Part shown: one piece after another, positions 26,815 through 33,782 of the stretch
Position numbering within the stretch: position 1 is the stretch's first letter
How the letters are laid out: each line of letters starts with the position of its first letter
Sequence record: OZ195776.1
Direction: 5' to 3' (one strand)
DNA: 64,000 bases
Program-made: the position numbers and the translations under genes
Notes under the pieces: model-generated
The model's input: only the letters and a program-made list of their open reading frames with translations
Databases searched by the model: none
What the model was told of the DNA's origin: nothing

Positions 26815-26863
26815 ATAATGAGTCGATTGCTCTCAACCAGGTGAGCTATCGGGCCACATAAAC

Positions 26864-26940
26864 TGGAGCAAGTGACGGGACTCGAACCCGCGACCACCGA
26901 CTTGGAAGGACGGAACTCTACCAACTGAGTTTACACTTGC
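26864..26940 (-). tRNA. tRNA-Gly(TCC)
   Basis: Cloverleaf with CCA. Confidence 0.95.
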
Positions 26941-26946
26941 AAAACT

Positions 26947-27051
26947 GGATGTACAAAATAGCTCACCATTACCTCAACCCAGAGTAACGTTAGTCTTTTA
27001 CGACTTGGCTCCTGATATGTAATTTTAGGTTATTGTTTGCGGTAGACATCC
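26947..27051 (-). ncRNA. stand-alone motif RNA
   Basis: GGATGT-CTACCG-CAAA...TTTG-T-ACATCC end-to-end stem with internal loop. Confidence 0.6.
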
Positions 27052-27079
27052 AAGGTCGAACCTTGACGAATCAAGATCT

Positions 27080-27409
27080 TTAAAACTGTTCACCTTTCGG
27101 CTCTTCGGTATTTAGAAGAGTAACCAAATCGTTTAGCGCATTATACTTGTTTATTTCAAGTTTTGTCGCTGGACGAAGGATTTCAGTGCTTTCCCAAGAA
27201 TGAGATGTGTAGTGTTCAACATCATGAACCCAATCCCAATTGTGTAGATATGCACTATCCGGAAGTTTAATGGAATGTTTGAAGTTGGTTTTCAACTTAC
27301 GTAAAAGAGTATCTGTGCTAACTGAGCCAGAGTAAACCGCTTTTGCCAATTGTTCATCGGTAATTCGCAATTTTCTTGTAACCAGTTCGCTACCTTCAAT
27401 CATGTTCAT
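27080..27409 (-). CDS. hypothetical protein, paralog of 27406-27717
   Basis: Shared (I/V)TDEQL, W..D and LR(P/K)AT..EI motifs. Confidence 0.75.
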   Translation of the reverse strand: MNMIEGSELVTRKLRITDEQLAKAVYSGSVSTDTLLRKLKTNFKHSIKLPDSAYLHNWDWVHDVEHYTSHSWESTEILRPATKLEINKYNALNDLVTLLNTEEPKGEQF

Positions 27410-27717
27410 TTCTTCATCCCGTATTCGTGACGTAGAACATTGATTGCATCATAGATCGCAATCTCACCCATTGTTGCTTTGCGAAGAAACTTCTTCTCGA
27501 TCCAGCGACCGGTACCATCCATATCTTGGTGGTAATGCCAATTGCCGTGTTCTAAGAATGCTTCTTTACGAAGCTCACCTTGCTTGCGCAGGTTCAATCC
27601 AAGTTTGTCAATCAGAACCTCAGATGGTATAGAACCGTCTGAGAACGCTTCTAAGAGCTGTTCGTCTGTAACTTGAATCTCACAAGGAACAAGACGAGTA
27701 CCTTTAATAGTATTCAT
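27406..27717 (-). CDS. hypothetical protein, paralog of 27080-27409
   Basis: GAGG SD; same motifs as neighbour. Confidence 0.75.
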   Translation of the reverse strand: MNTIKGTRLVPCEIQVTDEQLLEAFSDGSIPSEVLIDKLGLNLRKQGELRKEAFLEHGNWHYHQDMDGTGRWIEKKFLRKATMGEIAIYDAINVLRHEYGMKK

Positions 27718-27736
27718 TATATCCTCTTTAAATGAG

Positions 27737-27812
27737 TGGCACGCCTGGAGGGATTCGAACCCACGACCCGAAACTTAGAAGGTTCCTGCTCTTCCAACTG
27801 AGCTACAAGCGC
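27737..27812 (-). tRNA. tRNA-Arg(TCT)
   Basis: Cloverleaf with CCA. Confidence 0.95.
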
Positions 27813-27813
27813 A

Positions 27814-28248
27814 TTATTTCAACGTAAATTTCAAATTGCGATAATTGTACTTAGAGCCGTTATTACGACAAGTGTTAGTCCAGAAGTCACTCCAATCAAT
27901 TTTGACGGGACATTTATCTGATCCAACGCGAGTACAGAACACATCCAAGTGCGGATATTTCAATTGCAGGTTAGCTGCCGTTTGGCGAACTGCCAGTGCA
28001 TGCTCAGTACGTCTTTTAGCAAGTTCTCTACGAGAGTACGTGTTTTGCCAAAAATGACTACGCCAAATATTAACACGCTTCTCATCCCAACCCATGCTAA
28101 ACGAATGTTCAACATAACCAGATAATTTACCAGTTTTAGGGTCACGAGCGAATATTGCGTAACAACGATGTCGAGTGAAATCGGTTCGTTCATATTTGTC
28201 GCAGTTAATAACGTTACCTTTCTTGGTGGTACGAGAGTGTTTAATCAT
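27814..28248 (-). CDS. hypothetical basic protein
   Basis: GAGG SD before MIKHSR. Confidence 0.6.
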   Translation of the reverse strand: MIKHSRTTKKGNVINCDKYERTDFTRHRCYAIFARDPKTGKLSGYVEHSFSMGWDEKRVNIWRSHFWQNTYSRRELAKRRTEHALAVRQTAANLQLKYPHLDVFCTRVGSDKCPVKIDWSDFWTNTCRNNGSKYNYRNLKFTLK

Positions 28249-28426
28249 CGGACACCTCGAAAGATTTAAAGCGTTTATCGAACTCACTTAGACAAGTATC
28301 AGCCCAAGACGTTGCTACGTCTTTTTCTCTGCAATCATTTGCATTTGCTGTTGATGTCCACGCTCGAACCCACACATCACGACGTTGTTCTTCGTGACGA
28401 GCTTCTGCTTTTGTAAATTTTGGCAT
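28241..28426 (-). CDS. hypothetical protein
   Basis: GAGG SD before MPKFTK. Confidence 0.65.
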   Translation of the reverse strand: MPKFTKAEARHEEQRRDVWVRAWTSTANANDCREKDVATSWADTCLSEFDKRFKSFEVSDD

Positions 28427-28439
28427 TTTAATTTCCTCT

Positions 28440-28711
28440 TGATGCCCCACCGTGGATTCGAACCACGCAGTCCATTCATTTTCCTAATACGCAAGGGGCT
28501 TGTTAGATTTAGAACCTTAACGTCAATAGAAACTACAATTCATCGCTTTCCTGGTGTTAATAACTAACACTGCTTTCACACCAGTAATTACTCAACTCTG
28601 TATCTCAATGAAACAAGTTCGTCGGTGAAATTGTCGTTAATTAGACGACGCATTCTCGGAACAAGTTAGTCTGAGCATGACCATGTCAACGGTCTCCAGT
28701 TAGAATGGGGC
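28440..28711 (-). ncRNA. tmRNA-like RNA with non-Ala acceptor stem
   Basis: GCCCCAT/GTGGGGC stem, T arm, P2-like pairings and an internal 17-codon frame (I)NDNFTDELVSLRYRVE. Confidence 0.5.
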
Positions 28712-28733
28712 TTTGTTTAATACATAATGTAAT

Positions 28734-28852
28734 CGGCCGGTGTAGGACTCGAACCTACGACCACGAGCTTAACGGGCTATTGAGTTTAGTGTGCGGTATC
28801 GATTCTTGACAGAATCATTTCATACGTGCTCTACCAACTGAGCTAACCGGCC
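28734..28852 (-). ncRNA. tRNA-shaped RNA with motif insert replacing the anticodon loop
   Basis: Intact acceptor/D/T arms; insert GATTCT-GTCA-AGAATC-GATACCGCACAC; no CCA. Confidence 0.75.
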
Positions 28853-28862
28853 ATAATTTATT

Positions 28863-29270
28863 TTACTCTGATTTAACATCCAAAGTAAACAGTTTTGCAT
28901 TGCTTTCTTTCATCGGTTGAACGCCGACTATTTCTTCTGCAAGTAACGATGGGACAACTTGCTTCGGAATTTTGACGGTAACGCCACTTTCCTTTGCTTG
29001 CTCGCGAAGTTCTTTTGAACGTTCACGTAACATTGCAAGATGTTCTTCACGTTTTGTTACTATGTCATCAAGGTGCTCGTCGATAGTACCGATTTCGTAC
29101 TTCTCACCGTAAGCAAAGGCAGTATGCCAGTGAATCTTTTTAAATTCAGCAATCTGCTTGATGTCTTTGATGACGCGTACTTCGTCGTAAACCCAACCAC
29201 AGTTGATACATTCAATTGCGATTTGATCTCCGTTTTCATCGAAGAATAAAGCGTTACTTGGTAAACTCAT
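28863..29270 (-). CDS. hypothetical protein with a gp23-like C-terminal motif
   Basis: PSLLAEEIVGVQPM resembles the major capsid protein P-x-L-I-A-x-x-I-x-GVQPM motif. Confidence 0.65.
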   Translation of the reverse strand: MSLPSNALFFDENGDQIAIECINCGWVYDEVRVIKDIKQIAEFKKIHWHTAFAYGEKYEIGTIDEHLDDIVTKREEHLAMLRERSKELREQAKESGVTVKIPKQVVPSLLAEEIVGVQPMKESNAKLFTLDVKSE

Positions 29271-29296
29271 AATATAATCTCACGAAATAAAACAAT

Positions 29297-29426
29297 TGGT
29301 AGAGGGTGCAGGATTCGAACCTGCGCCACGGAATTTAAGAGTTTCAATGCAATTTTGGTTGCCGCAACTATTCTTTCCAGAATAATGTTTGTGCTACGTG
29401 TGCTTGCCGTTTTACACCAACCCTCT
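29297..29426 (-). ncRNA. tRNA-shaped RNA with motif insert
   Basis: AGAGGGT/ACCCTCT-A-CCA; insert TATTCT-GGAA-AGAATA-GTTGCGGCAACC. Confidence 0.7.
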
Positions 29427-29525
29427 ACGAATTGTTCTAGTTGATAGATTCTGAGTTCATCTTTCACACTCAAGGTTCTATCGGACCTGCGGCTAAGTGA
29501 CTAAGCTTCGCCGTTAAAATAAACA

Positions 29526-29666
29526 GGATGTACAAATCTTCTGGTGCGTTTTCCAATTCGCTACCTCCCCGTCGATACATTATTGGTGGGGAGGGTTGGG
29601 ATTCGAACCCAACTCATCACAAAAGTGAACCAGTTCTACTCGATTAATATTACGCTGTAGACATCC
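29526..29666 (-). ncRNA. circularly permuted tRNA-like RNA (YrlA-type topology)
   Basis: GGATGT-CTACAGCG...T arm-CCTCCCC-ACCA-linker-GGGGAGG-D arm...ACATCC. Confidence 0.7.
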
Positions 29667-29672
29667 TTAAAT

Positions 29673-29750
29673 TGGCCAGTAGTAAGGGACTCGAACCCAA
29701 GCACGGACTCCACGAGGGCGACTGCTTTACCTAACATAAGCTAAACTACT
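29673..29750 (-). pseudogene. degenerate tRNA with unpaired anticodon stem
   Basis: Acceptor, D and T arms and CCA present; anticodon arm does not pair. Confidence 0.55.
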
Positions 29751-29758
29751 TTCAAATT

Positions 29759-29877
29759 TGGCGCGTGTGACAGGACTCGAACCTGTGACCTCCGGCGGGA
29801 TTAATGTAATTGCTGTAACGATTCATTACTGAATCCATTTATTAGGCCGGCATTCTAACCAACTGAATTACACACGC
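29759..29877 (-). ncRNA. tRNA-shaped RNA with motif insert (Asp-like D arm)
   Basis: GCGTGTG/CACACGC-G-CCA; insert GATTCA-GTAA-TGAATC-GTTACAGCAATT. Confidence 0.75.
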
Positions 29878-29884
29878 GATGTTA

Positions 29885-30028
29885 AAAACAATTTGAGCAG
29901 CGTACAGGATTCGAACCTGTGTTACCTCCTGGAAATGGAATTAGCGTTAGTTGCTGAAAGCATCTTTACCAAGATACATTGCTTTTAGGTGTCCTAGGCC
30001 ACTAGACGAACGCTGCTCAAATTGTTTT
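29885..30028 (-). ncRNA. tRNA-shaped RNA with motif insert (Glu-like D arm) and extended acceptor stem
   Basis: Insert GTATCTT-GGTA-AAGATGC-TTTCAGCAACT; ~18-bp terminal inverted repeat; no CCA. Confidence 0.75.
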
Positions 30029-30034
30029 TATTAA

Positions 30035-30177
30035 GTCTTATTGCCGGCGGGGCTGGATTCGAACCAGCGACCTCGTGCTCCCTATGCAATTAATAATTGG
30101 TTGCGGTACCCAATCTTTTCAGATTGGTTTATTAATACGCGCGCTAACCTGACTGCGCTACCCGCCGGCAATAAGAC
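30035..30177 (-). ncRNA. tRNA-shaped RNA with motif insert and extended acceptor stem
   Basis: Insert CCAATCT-GAAA-AGATTGG-GTACCGCAACC; ~17-bp terminal inverted repeat; no CCA. Confidence 0.75.
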
Positions 30178-30246
30178 CTAATTGTGTTCATATCTTCCCA
30201 AAGAGACAGCAACGATATGACTGGGCTGCTTAATCAACTTGCGGTT

Positions 30247-30276
30247 ACTATATAATCAAATGATTCAGAAGTAAAC
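30247..30276 (-). promoter_or_regulatory. T4-type early promoter heading the ncRNA/tRNA array
   Basis: GTTTAC-16/17 nt-TATATAGT. Confidence 0.55.
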
Positions 30277-30292
30277 CGTTTTTTACATCTTC

Positions 30293-30478
30293 CTAAAAGA
30301 GGCGGTAACGATGTAACAGGACCGCTTTTGCAACCGTAGTTGCTTCAACAGGGCTTACTATCTGATAGTTAATTTCAAAAGTAAACCGCTTTTTTCTACA
30401 TCCGAGATGGATCAAGAATGATGCCAGCTTCGGATACTCCACAACGTTGAGCTTCCTGCATATTTTGCAATTGGGCAA
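30293..30478 (-). CDS. possible small hypothetical protein
   Basis: 61-aa ORF; start uncertain. Confidence 0.35.
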   Translation of the reverse strand: MPNCKICRKLNVVEYPKLASFLIHLGCRKKRFTFEINYQIVSPVEATTVAKAVLLHRYRLF

Positions 30479-30656
30479 CAGCGTGTTGAAGTTCTGTTAG
30501 AAGTTTTTCGTACATACTCTGATTGTCTTTTAGTAGCGCAATCTGATCCGACTGCATGCCAACAATGTAAGTCAACAGAATGACGTTTTCCGGATCGGTA
30601 AGTGATTCCGGATCTTCGTGGTACTTAGCAAGTACCAATTGAGTTTCATTATCCAT
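30396..30656 (-). CDS. hypothetical coiled-coil protein
   Basis: Start reassigned to MDNETQ. Confidence 0.55.
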   Translation of the reverse strand: MDNETQLVLAKYHEDPESLTDPENVILLTYIVGMQSDQIALLKDNQSMYEKLLTELQHAVAQLQNMQEAQRCGVSEAGIILDPSRM

Positions 30657-30732
30657 AGTAAATCTCATTTGACAACAATTAATTTGTGATTTAATTATAC
30701 GCAAAGAAAAAGCGGGATAAACCCGCTTCTTT

Positions 30733-31023
30733 TTAGTGATCTTCCGAACCGTATTCCCAATCGTCATACAATTCATCAGCACCCTTTTCGTTTCTTCCTA
30801 CCCAGATATCTTCCGGTTCCAGAACATTCACATCAGAGCCATTTACAACGCCCCAGAACACGATATACTCGCCGTTACGTTTGATTGCTTTGAATACATA
30901 ACTGTTCTTCGGAACTGCCTTAGAATCGAATCTACGGCGTTCTACGACCGTTTCGATAGCATGAGCAAGATTAACGAATCTCCAGTTCATAGTTGCTTCT
31001 GAATAGAAGTCCATAAAACCCAT
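30733..31023 (-). CDS. hypothetical protein
   Basis: GGAG SD; followed by a terminator at about 30707-30735. Confidence 0.6.
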   Translation of the reverse strand: MGFMDFYSEATMNWRFVNLAHAIETVVERRRFDSKAVPKNSYVFKAIKRNGEYIVFWGVVNGSDVNVLEPEDIWVGRNEKGADELYDDWEYGSEDH

Positions 31024-31025
31024 CG

Positions 31026-31454
31026 TTATCTCCTTGTAAGCAAGAAATTACCGTTGCTGAATGAATACGCATATCCAATATCGCCAGCAAATCGTCTAGT
31101 TAAACGCTCATAGAGTTTCTTACGTGACGGTTCGTTATCTGCCGCCTCGAAGTACAAATACATTGGTTGGTGATCGTGTAGCACCTCACGTACACCAGCT
31201 AACACTGTTCCCAATACAGTCAACTCACTGCCCGTACCAGTAATACTCATATCTTGACCACGATCTCCAATTAACGCGAAGCTAATCGTCATCATGTCTT
31301 TCTGATATTCATACGAGGTTGTTAGTACGTACGTTTCTCCACCCACTTCAAACTCACCGTGTGATTGGTCGTGGGTATAGTTGTTGCTGTGATTCCAACG
31401 AATTGGTACAGATCTCTTGAGCGCCTCAACCATGTATGTTTGAAGCGTCTTCAT
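31026..31454 (-). CDS. putative internal head protein, paralog 1
   Basis: MKTLQTYMVEA capsid-targeting-like N-terminus; SRKKLYERL motif. Confidence 0.75.
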   Translation of the reverse strand: MKTLQTYMVEALKRSVPIRWNHSNNYTHDQSHGEFEVGGETYVLTTSYEYQKDMMTISFALIGDRGQDMSITGTGSELTVLGTVLAGVREVLHDHQPMYLYFEAADNEPSRKKLYERLTRRFAGDIGYAYSFSNGNFLLTRR

Positions 31455-31455
31455 A

Positions 31456-32157
31456 TTACCATTCCTCGAATGTAGCGTAAGCGTCATCGATATCGTCAGT
31501 TACGTACGAATCATCTTGATCAAGAATAATGTGACGTTTGCTTGTACCACGAACCACACCTGAGATAACAACAACATCGAAGCCGTCTTGCGACATGCCA
31601 AGAATTACCATTTCTTTACCAGGTTTCAACCAACGGAACTCACGAACTTCGAATGGGAACATCAAATCGTTTGAGTTATCGATTGCCAATTGCACTTCTT
31701 CTTCTGTCCATTCTGCATCTTTGCGTTGTGCACGAACAAGAGTGTATTTGTTGCGATCGATTGTAAATGTGTAACCAGCGTCTTCTGCAAAGCGCTTAAC
31801 AAGACGGTCGTACAATTTCTTACGGCTATCTCGTTTGTCGTCATGTTCGTAAGCAGTGAAGAAAATCTTCGTCGGGCTCTTGCGATCAATGTACTCTTTC
31901 ACAGCTTTTAAAACTGAGGTGATAACTTTTAGCGTTTCGCTTGGTGAACCAGTTACGTTATTCGCAGAGACATTCATTCTGCCGCGTTCATTAACAGAAC
32001 CGTAAGCTACTTCGGTGTATCCACCAAAACCAGCAAATTCAATCACATACTGCGTTGAACCAACACGGAAGTTCGCGTCGTTGTCGTTTTTCCATTGAAT
32101 TGGTGCGGCTTTCGCTAAGTCAAGCGCTTCCACCATAAATTGTTTAAAGTCGTTCAT
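31456..32157 (-). CDS. putative internal head protein, paralog 2
   Basis: MNDFKQFMVEA; SRKKLYDRL motif. Confidence 0.75.
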   Translation of the reverse strand: MNDFKQFMVEALDLAKAAPIQWKNDNDANFRVGSTQYVIEFAGFGGYTEVAYGSVNERGRMNVSANNVTGSPSETLKVITSVLKAVKEYIDRKSPTKIFFTAYEHDDKRDSRKKLYDRLVKRFAEDAGYTFTIDRNKYTLVRAQRKDAEWTEEEVQLAIDNSNDLMFPFEVREFRWLKPGKEMVILGMSQDGFDVVVISGVVRGTSKRHIILDQDDSYVTDDIDDAYATFEEW

Positions 32158-32161
32158 TTCA

Positions 32162-32941
32162 TTACCTATCGTATTCGATGCGATGCTTATCAAGCACCTT
32201 GTAAGTTTCTGGATTTTTGAAAGATGTGCGCATATGTTTGACGTAACCGTTGGAGTAACCGTTAGCAGCCATCATCTCTCCAATCATTTTATCCAACGTG
32301 TCGACGTAATCGCCAAGAGGACCGATATGAGATAGATCAACCACACCAGTAGTTGGTTCGTCTTCCATTGGATGAATGTTTACCACAACACCACCTGCGC
32401 CATTCGAGAACATACCAACACGTTTTTGGTCATTCTGATAGTTGATATCGTACAACACGCCTTTTGGAGCGTCTTTAACCAAATCATATTGCATTTTGTT
32501 CTTGAACGTGGCTGTTGATAACGAGTAACCGTATTGTTTACCCATTTTCTTAAACAACATCGAATACAGACGTTCGCGCTTCTTACGAAACTCTTCGTTT
32601 GAATCAGGATATGCCCAAGTTTGAATGCGAGTTGGTGAACACCAATCCATTGCTTGTTTTGCTGCTTCAATAACTGTCGCGAAAACTTGCAAAGCGTTAT
32701 CGGTGTCTGTTTGATCGTTTGTCCAATCTCGCTTAGATGCATCGAACGCCATGAAATGAATTTCCATGAGGTCGCTGGTCTTTTCCTCTGTCACGCCGCG
32801 ATGAATAACGATCGCTTTGTACATCACCTTACCAACTTGAAATATCCCCTCAAGTGGTCGATCGGAACGAACAGCATTGCTTTTCCAAGTAATCCGAGCT
32901 GGTTTATCAAACGCTTCAGTTAAGAAGGTTCTGAATTCCAT
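32162..32941 (-). CDS. putative internal head protein, paralog 3
   Basis: MEFRTFLTEA; KRERLYSML motif. Confidence 0.75.
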   Translation of the reverse strand: MEFRTFLTEAFDKPARITWKSNAVRSDRPLEGIFQVGKVMYKAIVIHRGVTEEKTSDLMEIHFMAFDASKRDWTNDQTDTDNALQVFATVIEAAKQAMDWCSPTRIQTWAYPDSNEEFRKKRERLYSMLFKKMGKQYGYSLSTATFKNKMQYDLVKDAPKGVLYDINYQNDQKRVGMFSNGAGGVVVNIHPMEDEPTTGVVDLSHIGPLGDYVDTLDKMIGEMMAANGYSNGYVKHMRTSFKNPETYKVLDKHRIEYDR

Positions 32942-32994
32942 TTGATTTCCTTTTAATATAGCTATATGGGACTACTTATACAAAAAGAGCGCCA

Positions 32995-33450
32995 TTAGGC
33001 GCTCTTCTCAACCCAGTCTAAATCCAGTGGTTCGCTATACTCGTCAATTAAATTGATGGGTTGCGAAATGTCCAGTGGTTTGACTGCATCGTCATATGAC
33101 AATGTTATGTGTGCGTTGTACTCAGGAAAATCGTGAGTACCGCCTGCATCGATTAAATCATCGTGTCGATTTTTCAACCCTTCCGATTTCAATTTAACGA
33201 TGACTACTGACTTGCCTTCTTGATCTTTCCAACTATCAACTCGATAGGCTTCCGCGTCATACGAGTTACCGGTAGATGGAACTTCAATCCCATTACGACT
33301 GTATAACACAGTCGCGTGAAACTTACTTGATTCAAGAGGATTGTTCAGTTTGAGCGTTTTCTGCAGCTCTTGTAACCATTCAGAGCTCGCAGAGTCTACT
33401 TTGACACCAACATAAGTGCCTTGGTTTTCAAGAAACTGCTGAAACTTCAT
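32995..33450 (-). CDS. acb1: anti-CBASS 2H phosphodiesterase Acb1 (gp57B)
   Basis: HATVLYS and HITLSY 2H motifs, GGTHDFPEY, EPLDLDW; T4 57B position. Confidence 0.9.
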   Translation of the reverse strand: MKFQQFLENQGTYVGVKVDSASSEWLQELQKTLKLNNPLESSKFHATVLYSRNGIEVPSTGNSYDAEAYRVDSWKDQEGKSVVIVKLKSEGLKNRHDDLIDAGGTHDFPEYNAHITLSYDDAVKPLDISQPINLIDEYSEPLDLDWVEKSA

Positions 33451-33707
33451 TACTCGCCTTCTGCTTCGGTCTCAACCGGTTCGTAAGCTGCAAGTTTTTC
33501 TTTTAGCTCAACAACACGATCGATGTAATTTTGTAGAGATTGTGCATCTTCGCCTTCGATAGAAAGCAATTCTGCTAGAATATTCACAAATTGAGAAATG
33601 TGCTGACGCTCACCGTTAAGAGCTTCTTGAAGATCGAATGTACGAACTTTCAGTTCTTTTAGTTGGCCGTTCAGCGCTTCAAATTGTTTTTCAGGGGTTT
33701 GTTGCAT
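33450..33707 (-). CDS. 57A: tail fibre chaperone gp57A
   Basis: LKVRTFDLQE coiled coil; directly upstream of 57B. Confidence 0.75.
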   Translation of the reverse strand: MQQTPEKQFEALNGQLKELKVRTFDLQEALNGERQHISQFVNILAELLSIEGEDAQSLQNYIDRVVELKEKLAAYEPVETEAEGE

Positions 33708-33782
33708 TTTAATCACCATTGTTTAAACAGGATGAGCTTTCGCTCGGATACATGTACTTAGATTTAAAATTGTATAGTAAAT

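Larger units (their letters stand above)
26257..26855 (-). tRNA. tRNA-Ile2-like(CAT) split by a 522-nt insertion (halves 26818-26855 and 26257-26295)
   Basis: Joining the halves gives ATCGA-CT-CAT-AA-TCGAT in a full cloverleaf with C4:G69, C5:G68 and CCA. Confidence 0.85.

Noticed and set aside
26296-26817. Group I intron in the tRNA
   Set aside because: The insert is fully occupied by a 47-nt hairpin leader and the HNH ORF; no P3-P7 core fits.
28734-30177. Ordinary intron-containing or selenocysteine tRNAs
   Set aside because: The inserts are ~50 nt, share a motif with non-tRNA elements, show no bulge-helix-bulge, and do not restore a clear anticodon when removed.
30204-30214. GACAGCAAC resembling the module core
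   Set aside because: It is on the opposite strand to all other copies and lacks the preceding stem.
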